Assembly (NCBI GenBank): GCA_963841435.1
Contig: CAWJCS010000006.1
Location: forward strand, 128,001-192,000
Length of the DNA stretch: 64,000 bases
Direction of reading: 5' to 3'
Origin: an uncultured delta proteobacterium
GTDB lineage: Bacteria; Myxococcota_A; Polyangia; Polyangiales; Polyangiaceae
Positions 50,160-60,252 of the stretch are shown here, in pieces (the first letter of the stretch is position 1; each line of letters begins with the position of its first letter). Made by a program: the position numbers and the translations under genes. Under the pieces are notes generated by a model, which did not search any database, had not been told where the DNA came from, and saw only the letters and a program-made list of their open reading frames with translations.

Positions 50160-51260
50160 GTGAGCGGAGCGACGAAGAGCACGAGCAAGGAGCGGAGGGG
50201 GCCGGCGCTCGACATGCTCAAGGAGCTCGCGCAAGCGCACACCGGCGCCGTCTGCGCCGTGCAGAGGACGGACGGGGCCCTCCGGCTCAACGTCCATCTC
50301 CACGTGCTCTCGCTCGACGGCGTCTACGTGCGCGACTCCGAGAGCGCCGCGCTCGTGTTCGAAGAGCTCGGCACGCCCAGCCACGCCGAGGTGCTCGACG
50401 TGGCCCGGCACACCGCCGAGCGCGTCGACAGGCTGCTCCGAAAGAGCGGGCGAAGCCTCGAGCGCGAGGGCGACGACGCCGTGCCCGAGCTCGTGCTCGA
50501 CGAGCCGGGGCTCGCCTCCTGCTACGCGGCCGCCGCTCAGGGCATCAGCGTGGGCGGCGAGCGAGCGGGACTGCCCCAGCTCAGGCTCGTGTTCGGCACC
50601 GGCGCCGCTGCCGAGAGAGCCGAGCCCCGCGCCGACGACCCGGTCGCCGACCACCGGGGCGTCAACGTGCACGCCAAGCAGTCCGTCGACGGCCGCGACC
50701 GACGACAGCTCGAAAGACTCTGCCGCTATGTCACGCGGCCTCCGGTTGCACAGGACCGGCTCGCTCGCCTGCCAGACGGCTCGCTCGAGCTCCGCCTCAA
50801 GCACCCGTGGAAGGACGGCACGCGCGCCGTCGTGCTCGAACCGGATGATCTCTTGGTCCGGCTCGTCGCCTCGGTGCCCCCGCCGCGCTGGCATTTACTT
50901 CGGTACTTTGGCGTCATCTCGAGCCATTCGCGACTGCGCTCAGAAGTGGTCCCGCATTCGCCCGCTGATCCAAGTGCCACCGCGCCGCCGCCTGCTCCGG
51001 GCGATCAGCTCGAGCTCGCGCTCGATGCCGACAGTGACGAGCCCGCTCCGAGAAAGAGATGGGCCTGGCTTCTCAAGCATGTGTTCGCGGCAGATTTGGA
51101 TACTTGCCCGCGCTGTTCGGGGCCGATGCGTTGGATGGAGGCAGCGGCCACCGCCGAGGCGGCTCGCAAGCTGCTCGCGCGCCTTGGGCTCGGTCCGCGT
51201 CCGCCGCCGGCACCCAACCCACCGCCGCTCGGGCAGCTCGCGCTGCCGTTCCCGCGGTGA
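50160..51260 (+). CDS. Chimeric ORF: about 23 aa putative IS66 TnpC N-terminus fused to the ISCR transposase catalytic domain
   Basis: MSGATKSTSKERRGPALDMLKEL then AQAHTGAVC... identical to copy A from 50227. Confidence 0.75.
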   Translation: MSGATKSTSKERRGPALDMLKELAQAHTGAVCAVQRTDGALRLNVHLHVLSLDGVYVRDSESAALVFEELGTPSHAEVLDVARHTAERVDRLLRKSGRSLEREGDDAVPELVLDEPGLASCYAAAAQGISVGGERAGLPQLRLVFGTGAAAERAEPRADDPVADHRGVNVHAKQSVDGRDRRQLERLCRYVTRPPVAQDRLARLPDGSLELRLKHPWKDGTRAVVLEPDDLLVRLVASVPPPRWHLLRYFGVISSHSRLRSEVVPHSPADPSATAPPPAPGDQLELALDADSDEPAPRKRWAWLLKHVFAADLDTCPRCSGPMRWMEAAATAEAARKLLARLGLGPRPPPAPNPPPLGQLALPFPR

Positions 51261-51466
51261 GCCGGCCCAATCCGGCTTCGCCTTGGCCGAGCGTGCGTGC
51301 GCTTGCCGCCCCAAGACCCGAAAAGCCGGCCCTCTTCCGCTCCCCCTCCTGCTCTTTTGCCCTCTCGCCCCTCTCGCCTCCCCACCGCGGCGGGGTCAGG
51401 CGTCACCCACCAAAGCCTCCGCCCGCCCCTCACCCTCGTTTTCCCAGTTCGAATGCCCTTGGCGCC
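50227..51466 (+). mobile_element. ISCR/IS91-like element, copy A2 (5'-truncated)
   Basis: Near-identical to 60816-62055 including the oriIS-like end. Confidence 0.9.
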
Positions 51467-51618
51467 TCGACGACAGCGGGATCCGCCTCGTGGATCAGCG
51501 CGCGCATCCGCCCGAGCATCTCCCCGCGCCAGTCGCCGAGGTCGGCGATTCTCTCGCTGATCAGCCGAGACGCGGACGCCTCTTCCTTTTTGGCCCCGGA
51601 GTGCTTCTTCGCTGCCAC
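51467..51618 (-). pseudogene. 5' part of a DUF1801 (YdhG-like) gene interrupted by copy A2
   Basis: SASRLISERIADLGDWRGEMLGRMRALIHEADPAVVE, then element sequence where xKW is expected. Confidence 0.85.
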
Positions 51619-51708
51619 GGTGAAGTACGTTTCATCTTGCCGTGATCCCGCGAGAATACAAGCGCGCGCCAGACCCCGCCCGTCGGCCGCTACCCGCGCA
51701 AAAGCGGT

Positions 51709-52587
51709 CTAGCCCGCCTGGGCGATCGCCGACACTTCTTCCGACGAGAGCGCGATGTGGCGAGCAGCCCAGTTCTCCTCGAGGTGGGCAACGGTGCTCG
51801 TTCCCGGGATCGGCAGCATGACGGGCGAGCGCGCGAGGAGCCAGGCGAGCGCGATCTGTGCGGGGGACGCGTCGTGCTGCTTGGCGATCGCCGCGAGGAC
51901 GGGCCTGTCCTGGGTGATGTTGCCGACGGCGAGCGGGAAGAAGGGCAAAAAAGCGATGCCCTTCTGGGTGCAGAGCTCGAGCACGCCCTCGGGATCAGTG
52001 ACCTCGGAGTGGGTAAGCCTCGCGAATGCGCCGCTGCCCCCCGAGACATTGAACATGTTCTGCACGGTGACGACGGGCGTGCGCGCGAGCACTCGTTCGA
52101 GCTCGCTCGGGCTCACGTTGCTGAGGCCGACGTGGCGGATCTTGCCCTCGGCTTTCAGTGCGAGGAGCGCGTCGAGGGACTCCAGGAGCGGGATGCCGGC
52201 CGCCGGCATGTTGCGCAGGTGGACGACATCGAGACGCTCGAGCTTGAGGGTGCGGAGGTCTTCCTCGGCGCCCGTTCGGAGCTCCTCGGGGCGGAGCGCC
52301 GGCGCCCAGCCTTTGTTCGGGAGGCGTTTGCCGCCGAGCTTCGTCGCGATCACGAGATCGCGCGGGTAGGGGTGCAGCGCCTCGGCGATCAGTCGGTTCG
52401 AGACGAGCGGGCCGTAGTACCAGGCGGTGTCGATGAAGTTGATGCCAAGCTCCACCGCGCGGCGGAGGACTTGGCGCGCACGCGCGGGATCGTCGGGCTC
52501 GCCCCAGACCTCTTTGCCGGGCAGACGCATGGCGCCGTAGCCCATGCGCTCCACCTCGAGATCGCCGATGCGGAGGGTGGTCGGCAT
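51709..52587 (-). CDS. Aldo/keto reductase
   Basis: MGYGAMRL, GINFIDTAWYYG, ATKLG, GKIRHVGLSN, PIPGTS..HLEEN. Confidence 0.95.
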   Translation of the reverse strand: MPTTLRIGDLEVERMGYGAMRLPGKEVWGEPDDPARARQVLRRAVELGINFIDTAWYYGPLVSNRLIAEALHPYPRDLVIATKLGGKRLPNKGWAPALRPEELRTGAEEDLRTLKLERLDVVHLRNMPAAGIPLLESLDALLALKAEGKIRHVGLSNVSPSELERVLARTPVVTVQNMFNVSGGSGAFARLTHSEVTDPEGVLELCTQKGIAFLPFFPLAVGNITQDRPVLAAIAKQHDASPAQIALAWLLARSPVMLPIPGTSTVAHLEENWAARHIALSSEEVSAIAQAG

Positions 52588-52600
52588 GCTGATGTGGCCT

Positions 52601-53494
52601 TCACTCTGGGTAGGTTCGCTCATGCAATGAAGATGCGGCACGGGCGTCGAACCGCATTGGGCGATGTTGGCGTGCTCGTTCCGAGGGGACGAAGCTTCGC
52701 GCGTAGGCGCCCGGCGTGATGCCGACGATGCGTCGAAAGTGGCGGTGGAGCTGGCTTTCGTCGTAAAAACCGACACTTTGCGCGGCAGCGGCCGCGCGCA
52801 CGCCGTGGCGGAGCAGCTCCCTCGCGCGGGCAACGCGCAGGTGAGTCAAGTACTCGTAGGGAGGCAGCCCGACCTCGGAGCGGAAGGCGCGCACGAGGTG
52901 GAACTTGTCGAGCCGGGCGTGCTCGGCGAGATCGTCGAGGGTTACCCTGGCGGTGAGCGCTTCGTGCAGGAACGCGCGTGCGCGGCGTACGGCGAGCGGC
53001 GCACGGCCGCTCGAGGGTGCAGTCGTGCAGAGGATCTCGCTCAACGTTTCGGTCACCCGTGTGGTGCGCTCGAGCTCGGTGGCGTCGGGTCGCACGAGCG
53101 CGTCGTGCATGGCGAACGCGAGCTCGGTCGCTCGCTCGCCCTGGGCAAAGCCGGGCGCCTTGAAGTGCGGCGGCCCGCGCAAGCCCAGCGCGTCGGCTGC
53201 GGCGGCGACGAGCTCGCTCGCGAACGCCGCTCCCTGGAGCGTGAAGGGGGCGTGGACCCTGAGGGCGCGGTGGACCTCGCCGGGCTCTTGCAGCTTGAGC
53301 GAGCTGGCAAAGAGCCTACGCTCCCGCCCCCGGTACCAGCCGTCGAAGGCGCCCTCGTACACCACCACCACGGCGAAGTGCTCGGCGTAGGTGACCTTGG
53401 TGCGATCCTCCCGCTCGAGGCGAAACATCCCCGTCACCGCGGAGGTGTCGGGCCGCCAGAAGCGGGTCCGCCGGCGATCGTCGGTGGAGGGCAC
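52601..53494 (-). CDS. AraC-family transcriptional regulator
   Basis: FHLVRAFRSEVGLPPYEY, GFYDESQLHRHFRRIVGITPGAY. Confidence 0.95.
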   Translation of the reverse strand: MPSTDDRRRTRFWRPDTSAVTGMFRLEREDRTKVTYAEHFAVVVVYEGAFDGWYRGRERRLFASSLKLQEPGEVHRALRVHAPFTLQGAAFASELVAAAADALGLRGPPHFKAPGFAQGERATELAFAMHDALVRPDATELERTTRVTETLSEILCTTAPSSGRAPLAVRRARAFLHEALTARVTLDDLAEHARLDKFHLVRAFRSEVGLPPYEYLTHLRVARARELLRHGVRAAAAAQSVGFYDESQLHRHFRRIVGITPGAYARSFVPSERARQHRPMRFDARAASSLHERTYPE

Positions 53495-53557
53495 CCGTCG
53501 AGTGTACGCGCGACGCGCAAGCCGGGCTTGGGCGATCTTGGCGGCCCGTGTGCGGGC

Positions 53558-55876
53558 TCAGGCCACCGCGCGTCGCTGGTACAGGTACTTCTGAAAGTCG
53601 GCAAAGACGCGGCCGATTTCGTCGGGCCGGCCCAGGTCGGCCACCGCGTCCGCGATGGAGTTCTGATAACGGAGCCGCAAAAGGGGCGTCAGCTTCTCCT
53701 GGTCGAGCTCCTCGACCCCGACGCTCACGTAGTGCGACAGGACGAAGTCGAGAAAGGCCTGCTGCTTGCTGTCGAAGTTCGCGCTGATGTCGAGCTTCGC
53801 AGTGATCGCTCGCTGTTCGCGCGTCACCGGCGTGAGGGCGTACGCGACGTTGGCGAGCACGTCGAACAGGTCGCTTTTCTCAGCGTCGATGATCTTCTGC
53901 ATCTCGGCGAGCTGCTCGCTGCCAAAGCCCTTTTCCGCGAGACCCTCGAGGAGCTTCTTCCTGGTGCCTGGCGCGCTCCACAGCGCGCGCAGCTCGGCTT
54001 CGTCCTTGAAAAAGTCGGGCAGCTTGCCGAACAGCATTTCCATGAACTGCTGGGCGGACATCGGCGTTCCGTCGGGGTGCCAGAACGTCGTGCACATCAT
54101 GTGCTGGATGACGCGCGCCTTGCCGTCGGCGAGCTTCACTTTGACCTTCCCCCGCTTCGGATACTCCGACTTTTCCGGGTCTGCCACCGCGAGCTCCCCA
54201 CCGGGTGCTGCCGGGCGCTTGGGCTCGGGCTCGAGCGGCTCGCCGTCCCACTCCGGATCGCTGAAGTGCTGGTGGGCCTTCACGAAGTCATAAATCGTGA
54301 AGTAATCCTTGCCATCGTAGAGCCGCGTCCCGCGCCCGATGATCTGCTTGAACTCGATCATCGAGTTGACGGGGCGCATCAGTACGATGTTGCGGATGTT
54401 GCGAGCATCCACGCCGGTGGAGAGCTTCTGCGAGGTCGTGAGGATGGTGGGAATGGTCTTCTCGTTGTCCTGAAAATCACGCAGGTGCTGCTCGCCAAGC
54501 TCGCCATCGTCGGCCGTCACCCGCTGGCAATAGTTGGGGTCGGAGCTCGCCTTGGCCTGGTTCACGAGATCGCGGACGGCCAGGGCGTGGTCCTGCGTGG
54601 CGCAGAAAACGAGCGTCTTTTGGCGCTGGTCGATCTGATCCATGAGGACCTGCACCCGGTGCGCTTCGCGTTCCTTGATCTCGATGATCTTGTTGAAGTC
54701 CTTCTCCTGGTAGCGCTTGCCGCTTTCGACTTCACCCTCGATGAGCTTGTCGTCTGGCGTGTAGACGTACTCGTCGAGCGTCGTCGAGATCTGCTTCACC
54801 TTGAAGGGCGTCAGAAAGCCGTCGTTGATGCCCTGCTTCAGCGAATAGACGTACACGGGCTCGCCGAAGTAAGCGTACGTGTCCACGTTGTCCTTGCGCT
54901 TGGGTGTCGCGGTGAGACCCAGTTGCACCGCTGGGGCGAAGTACTCCAGGATCCCGCGCCAGTTGCTCTCGTCGTTCGCGCCGCCGCGGTGGCACTCGTC
55001 GATGATGATGATGTCGAAAAAATCGGGCGCGTACTCGCCGAAATAGGGCGATGGCCGCCCGTCCTTCGGCGGCCCGCTCATGAACGTCTGGAAGATCGTG
55101 AAGAAGAGGCTCCCGTTCTTGGGCACCTTGCCCTTCTTGCGGATGTCCGCCGGATCAATGCGCACGAGCGCATCTTCGGCAAACGCGGAGAAGGCGTTGT
55201 AAGCCTGATTCGCTAGGATGTTGCGGTCCGCGAGGAACAGAATGCGCGGCCGGCGCGTGGGCTCCCGGCTCAGACTCCAGCGGCTTTGGAACAGCTTCCA
55301 GGCGATCTGAAACGCGATGAAGGTCTTACCGGTGCCGGTCGCGAGGGTCAGCAGCATGCGCTGGCGGCCATCCGCGACCGCCTCCAGCACGCGTTCGACG
55401 GCGATGTCTTGGTAGTAACGGCTCGGGTGAGAGCCGCCCCTGTCCTCGAACGGTACGGCAGCGAAGCGATCGCGCCAGGCGTTGGCCTCAGCGAACGTCT
55501 CGGCCCACAGCTCGTTGGGTGTGGGGTAGCGCGACAGCTCGCCTTCACGGCCGTTGCCCATGTCGACGCCGTAGATGCCCTGGCCGTTCGTGGCATACGC
55601 GTAGCGAAGCTCCAGCTTGCCGGCGTAGTTCTTGGCTTGGGCCAGCCCCTCCGTGAGCGGCTTGTCCCAGGCCTTGGCCTCGGCAACGGCGAGCTTGCGG
55701 TTGCGGTACACGAGCACGTAGTCCGCGACCACCGGCTTGCCACGCCGGCCGAGCCCTTCGATGCGGCCGGGCGCGATCGGAAACTCGCGCAAAATCTTAC
55801 TGCCCTCGACGACGCCCCAGCCCGCCGCCGCCAATGCGGGGTCGACGTGCTCGGCTCTCGTCTCGGCTTCGTTCAT
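53558..55876 (-). CDS. hsdR: Type I restriction endonuclease subunit R (EcoAI/EcoEI-like)
   Basis: MNEAETR, ADY..AEAK nuclease, ATGTGKT, DECHR, LTATP, QIIGRGTR. Confidence 0.95.
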   Translation of the reverse strand: MNEAETRAEHVDPALAAAGWGVVEGSKILREFPIAPGRIEGLGRRGKPVVADYVLVYRNRKLAVAEAKAWDKPLTEGLAQAKNYAGKLELRYAYATNGQGIYGVDMGNGREGELSRYPTPNELWAETFAEANAWRDRFAAVPFEDRGGSHPSRYYQDIAVERVLEAVADGRQRMLLTLATGTGKTFIAFQIAWKLFQSRWSLSREPTRRPRILFLADRNILANQAYNAFSAFAEDALVRIDPADIRKKGKVPKNGSLFFTIFQTFMSGPPKDGRPSPYFGEYAPDFFDIIIIDECHRGGANDESNWRGILEYFAPAVQLGLTATPKRKDNVDTYAYFGEPVYVYSLKQGINDGFLTPFKVKQISTTLDEYVYTPDDKLIEGEVESGKRYQEKDFNKIIEIKEREAHRVQVLMDQIDQRQKTLVFCATQDHALAVRDLVNQAKASSDPNYCQRVTADDGELGEQHLRDFQDNEKTIPTILTTSQKLSTGVDARNIRNIVLMRPVNSMIEFKQIIGRGTRLYDGKDYFTIYDFVKAHQHFSDPEWDGEPLEPEPKRPAAPGGELAVADPEKSEYPKRGKVKVKLADGKARVIQHMMCTTFWHPDGTPMSAQQFMEMLFGKLPDFFKDEAELRALWSAPGTRKKLLEGLAEKGFGSEQLAEMQKIIDAEKSDLFDVLANVAYALTPVTREQRAITAKLDISANFDSKQQAFLDFVLSHYVSVGVEELDQEKLTPLLRLRYQNSIADAVADLGRPDEIGRVFADFQKYLYQRRAVA

Positions 55877-56916
55877 GGCTTGGGGGGCTTCGACTTCCTC
55901 GGCTTCGGCAGCTTCTCGAGCTGAGCTTCGATCTGCTTCAACGTCTCGAGCTCGCCCGCGCTTTCCAGCTCGCCTCTGCGGCGAGCCTCAAACTCCTCGT
56001 ATTCCCGCTCCGCGAGCGCGTCCGCCTGCTCGCGGCTGACCTTCCCAGCATCAGGCAAAATGGCGCGCTCGTTCAAGCGCAGAAAGTCGTCGAGCCGCGT
56101 TTGCCAGGTTTCGAGGAAGATTTGCTTCCGGCGGAGCGCCTGATCCTCGGCGAAATCCAGGAACATCACGACGATCCGGTTCAGCTGGCGGATCTCGTCT
56201 TCGCGCAGGTAGTTCTTCGCAATGGTCACATCGCGCTTGCGAACCACGCCGCCCTTCCACGTGGTCAGCCCCATGTTGGGCTGGTTGGCGTCGGCGCGTT
56301 CGGCGATCAGCTCGGGCGCCGTCTTGCCCGTGGCGGCAACATGCAGCTTGTTCTGCACCGTCTGGAAAAAGACCTGAGCCTCCGGGTCGGACGGCGAATA
56401 GTCCGCGGCAAGCGCCAGGATTTCGCGAACCCGCACGTACACGCGTTGCTCGCTCGAGCGGATCTCGCGGATGCGCTCGAGCAGCTCGTCGAAGTAGTCG
56501 GTCAGGCCGCTGGTGAGCGGACTCTTGAGCCGCTCGTCGTCCATGGTGAACCCCTTCACCAGGTACTCGCTGAGCCTGGCGGTGGCCCACTGGCGGAATT
56601 GCGTGCCGCGCCTGGACTTCACCCGGTAGCCGACCGCGATGATCGCCTCCAGGTTGTAGTGCTGCGTTTCGTAGCCCTTGCCGTCCGACGCAGTTATCCG
56701 GAATTTCCGGATAACTGCTTCCTCTACCAATTCGCCCTCCTCGAACACGTTCTGCAGGTGCTCGTTGATGGTGCGAACGTCCTTCTGAAAGAGCTCCGCC
56801 ATCAGCTTTTGCGTGAGCCAGATCGTCTCGTTCTCGAACCGGCACTGGATGCGCGTCCGCCCATCCTCTGTTTGGTAGAGGACGATGCTGCTTTCCGGGG
56901 CGGTGGGGTCCGGCAT
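55873..56916 (-). CDS. rhuM: Virulence protein RhuM-family protein
   Basis: IVLYQTEDG, WLTQKLMAELF, YNLEAIIAVGYRVKS.RGTQFRQWAT, IAKNYL. Confidence 0.9.
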   Translation of the reverse strand: MPDPTAPESSIVLYQTEDGRTRIQCRFENETIWLTQKLMAELFQKDVRTINEHLQNVFEEGELVEEAVIRKFRITASDGKGYETQHYNLEAIIAVGYRVKSRRGTQFRQWATARLSEYLVKGFTMDDERLKSPLTSGLTDYFDELLERIREIRSSEQRVYVRVREILALAADYSPSDPEAQVFFQTVQNKLHVAATGKTAPELIAERADANQPNMGLTTWKGGVVRKRDVTIAKNYLREDEIRQLNRIVVMFLDFAEDQALRRKQIFLETWQTRLDDFLRLNERAILPDAGKVSREQADALAEREYEEFEARRRGELESAGELETLKQIEAQLEKLPKPRKSKPPKP

Positions 56917-56935
56917 CGGGGGGCGACTAACGCGA

Positions 56936-58219
56936 CTAGAGCAGGCCGGTGAAGGCTTGGTGGAGGAGTGACTTCTTCAGTGCTGCGAGCGCGGTGAGCT
57001 TTTGTTGGTAGATGTTTTCGAGGCGTTGAGTTTCGGCCATCACCGTCTGAAGCCGAGAGACGACCGCTCGTTGCTCACCCAGCGTTGGTAGGGGTATCGC
57101 TATTTCTTTGATCTTTCCCAGGCTCAGGTTCTTTTGGCGGACGCCACGGCGCTCAAGAAGCAATCGGGGTTTGTCCGCATTGATCGCATTGAGAACAAAT
57201 TCAACATCAAGCTTCGCATTTGGCCGAATTCCAGCAATGGCTTGATTGAAGGCGCCATCGCGATCAAGGATAGACATCTTTAAGGCCGCAGTGTCATACA
57301 TACCGACGAGCAATGAGCCTTTCGGAAAGAGCTTTGCATTGGAGTTGGTTAGACCTGTGCTGGTTAGCCTTCTCTCGGGCTCGACCGTAAAGGTGGAATT
57401 TAACTCACCTGATGAATACCAGGGGATGTCACCACCCCAAAACTCCTTTTGCGAGACGAGGGGTGTGCCGCCGCTCTGAATGTCGGCAACATCGCCCAAC
57501 TTTTGCTCTGCCCACCCGTTGCGGCGTTGGGTGAAGACGGATCGGAGGTGGCTTTCAAACAGGGCGCGGGCGTTTTGGAGGTTCTTTTCGGCGTTGGCTT
57601 GGGCGGTGGCGAGGCCGGCAAACGCTTCGTCGAGCACACCTACGATCCGCTGCTGTTCGGGAAGCGGGGGGAGACAAATGTGGAATGCCTTTGCCTCGGG
57701 ATAGTAAATAGTCTGATGAACTGAGCCGCTCGCGAAGCGAAGTAGGTCGTCACCCTCGGCAACAAAGACATACTTGAGAAATTCGGGTTCGAGATCGTTG
57801 CCGCAGATCCAGTTCACAAAATCCTGACTCGTCGTCATGGGGCGACCCATCACAACGACATATCCAACCGAAGCAGTCCGCGAAAGGCAGACCGTACCCT
57901 CGGGAAGGACGCGCGCAGATGAATTCTGGGTGCCAAGCTCACTGATCGTCTCGCCCGTTTGTTGGATTCGCGCACCATCGTTCGCCCGTGCATCGGCGAT
58001 CCCAATCCACGGAATGCCACCACCCCAATAGTCAGGATGCTGCCTGCTTGGCGTGTGACCGGATTCGAGCGTGGCTACCGAAGACAAGGCGGTCCACCGC
58101 CAGCCGGTCGGAGCGGGGGTTGCTGGCATTCCAACCGCCAACGCAAGCTTGGGCGGAATGCACCGGGTCGTCGCCTGCCGGCCTCCGGTTCTGCTTGTTC
58201 GAGCGGGGGCTGTAGTCAC
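56936..58219 (-). CDS. hsdS: Type I restriction-modification specificity subunit
   Basis: Two TRDs (SGHTPS and SGGTP), PPLPEQQRIV, LKKSLLHQAFTG; visibly lower GC. Confidence 0.95.
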   Translation of the reverse strand: MTTAPARTSRTGGRQATTRCIPPKLALAVGMPATPAPTGWRWTALSSVATLESGHTPSRQHPDYWGGGIPWIGIADARANDGARIQQTGETISELGTQNSSARVLPEGTVCLSRTASVGYVVVMGRPMTTSQDFVNWICGNDLEPEFLKYVFVAEGDDLLRFASGSVHQTIYYPEAKAFHICLPPLPEQQRIVGVLDEAFAGLATAQANAEKNLQNARALFESHLRSVFTQRRNGWAEQKLGDVADIQSGGTPLVSQKEFWGGDIPWYSSGELNSTFTVEPERRLTSTGLTNSNAKLFPKGSLLVGMYDTAALKMSILDRDGAFNQAIAGIRPNAKLDVEFVLNAINADKPRLLLERRGVRQKNLSLGKIKEIAIPLPTLGEQRAVVSRLQTVMAETQRLENIYQQKLTALAALKKSLLHQAFTGLL

Positions 58220-59679
58220 ACCAGCGCTCTGATGTTCTTCAGCACAGCCGCGCTCTGGGCGTCCAGAGAACCGATTTCTTCCATGATTTGCTTCGGCGTA
58301 CGATGCACAACTTCCTCGCCGACGTTGGGGTTCTTCACGGAAAGATCGAATGTCGTCGGGTCAATCGCCTTCGCATCCACGCTCCAGCTCTTGGGCGAGT
58401 TGGCAAACGTCTTTTGCAGCGTGATGAACTCGGCGAGATCGGCGTCGTTGAGCGGGTTGGTCTTGCCCATGCTGCGGCCCGGATCGAGCTGGTAGAACCA
58501 GACTTTGCGGGTGGGCGCGCCCTTTTCGAAGAAGAGCACGACAGTCTTCACGCCCGCGCCCTGGAACGTGCCGCTCGGGCAGTCGAGCACGGTGTGTAGG
58601 TTGCAGCTCTCGAGCAGCAGCTTGCGCAGGCTGACCGAGGCGTTGTCGGTGTTGGAGAGGAAGGTGTTCTTGATCACTACGCCGCCGCGGCCGCCGGCTT
58701 TCAGGATCTTGATGAAGTGCTGCAGGAATAGGAACGCGGTTTCGCCGGTGCGGATGGGAAAGTTTTGCTGCACTTCCGGGCGCTCTTTGCCGCCGAAGGG
58801 CGGGTTGGCCAGGACGACGTGGTAGCGGTCCTTCTCCTGAATGTCGGCCAGGTTTTCGGTGAGCGTGTTGGTGTGGATGATGTTCGGCGCTTCGATCCCG
58901 TGCAGGATCATGTTCATGACGCCGATCACGTAGGCGAGGGACTTCTTTTCCTTGCCGTAGAAGGTGCGCTCTTGCAGCGCGCGGTCCTGAGCGGTGGTGC
59001 GTTTAGGGTTGGCGTGTTGGAGGTAGTCGAAGGCCTCGCACAAGAAGCCTGCGGAGCCGACGGCACCGTCGTAGATGCGCTCGCCGAGCTCGGGGCGCAC
59101 GACTTGGATGATGGCGCGCTCCAGCGGGCGAGGTGTGTAGTACTCGCCGCCGTTGCGCCCGGCGTTGCCCATGTTCTTGATCTTGGCTTCGTACAGGTGG
59201 GAGAGCTCGTGCTTCTCGACCTGCGAGCCGAAGCGCAGCTCGTCGATGTGATCAATCACCTCGCGCAGGTTGTAGCCGCTGGTGATGCGGTTTTTGATCT
59301 CGCTGAAGATCTCCCCAATCTTGTATTCGATGGTGTTCGGCCCAGTCGCGCGCTGCTTGAACCCCATCAGGTAGGGAAAAAGCTTGCCGTTGACGAAGGC
59401 GGTCAGATCATCGCCGGAGAGGGCGACGTTGTGGTCGATCTGACCGTCCTTGGTCTTCGGCGCCGCCCAGGTTGGCCAGCGATACGCTTTGTCGAGGATG
59501 AAGTCGTACTTCCGCCCGTCGAGCTTCGCCTCGGTGGCCTTGTCGGCTTCGAGAGCGTCGAGGTACTTTAGAAAGAGCAGCCAGGAGCTCTGCTCGGTGT
59601 AGTCGAGCTCGCTAGTGCAGCCCGCGTCCTTCCAGAGGACATCGTTGACGTTCTTGAAAACCTGCTCAAACACGGTCAC
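58216..59679 (-). CDS. hsdM: Type I restriction-modification N6-methyltransferase
   Basis: GEYYTPR, IYDGAVGSAGFL, LANPPFG. Confidence 0.95.
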   Translation of the reverse strand: MTVFEQVFKNVNDVLWKDAGCTSELDYTEQSSWLLFLKYLDALEADKATEAKLDGRKYDFILDKAYRWPTWAAPKTKDGQIDHNVALSGDDLTAFVNGKLFPYLMGFKQRATGPNTIEYKIGEIFSEIKNRITSGYNLREVIDHIDELRFGSQVEKHELSHLYEAKIKNMGNAGRNGGEYYTPRPLERAIIQVVRPELGERIYDGAVGSAGFLCEAFDYLQHANPKRTTAQDRALQERTFYGKEKKSLAYVIGVMNMILHGIEAPNIIHTNTLTENLADIQEKDRYHVVLANPPFGGKERPEVQQNFPIRTGETAFLFLQHFIKILKAGGRGGVVIKNTFLSNTDNASVSLRKLLLESCNLHTVLDCPSGTFQGAGVKTVVLFFEKGAPTRKVWFYQLDPGRSMGKTNPLNDADLAEFITLQKTFANSPKSWSVDAKAIDPTTFDLSVKNPNVGEEVVHRTPKQIMEEIGSLDAQSAAVLKNIRALV

Positions 59680-60252
59680 ACATCACTTCCGTGGCCTTTG
59701 GCGCGTCCAGTCGCATCGCGACGCGGAAACTTATCAGGATTTGGGCGGGGCCGAGGTTGACTCCCGAAACCTCGAGCCGGTGCATGTGGCGCTTGGCGCC
59801 TGGGTCTCGGGCCGTCTTCCCTGGCGCTGCCCGCCTTGGCTCAGGGCGGGTCGGTGAACGGGTCGCTCGGTGACGGCGACGGGGCGTCGTCTGCGTCGCG
59901 CGAGGGCGCTGATTCCGTGGCGGTCTCATGCGCGTGTACAGGTCCCGCGGCGGGCGAGCCCGACTTGCCGAGCACGGCGGCGACGTTCTCCGCGATCTCG
60001 TCGAGATCCGACACGCTTGGCGTCTGATGCTTTCGACGAGCTTCGACTTGGACATGGTGCTTGGCATGGGTGAGTCTCCGGGGGTGCGCTTTGAAGTAGG
60101 GAAGTGCATCACGTCGGGAGGTTGCGTGTAAAGAGCACGGGGAGCGCACATTGCGTGGTGACGACGCTCACGTGCACCACGCCCCCGTTCCGACGGTGCA
60201 GGGCGGCCAGGGTGTTGCGCCATGGCCGCCAGCTGGCTGTGCTGATGAGAAG

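Larger units (their letters stand above)
49288..50226 (+). mobile_element. IS66-family left arm (IRL, tnpA, tnpB, first codons of putative tnpC)
   Basis: Begins GTGAGCG (IS66 ends are GTAAGCG-like); gene order tnpA-tnpB; cut by copy A2. Confidence 0.75.

Noticed and set aside
59841-60067. Short minus-strand ORF (MPSTMSKSKLVESIRR... / VSDLDEIAENV...)
   Set aside because: Needs a frameshift and has no recognisable family; too weak to call.
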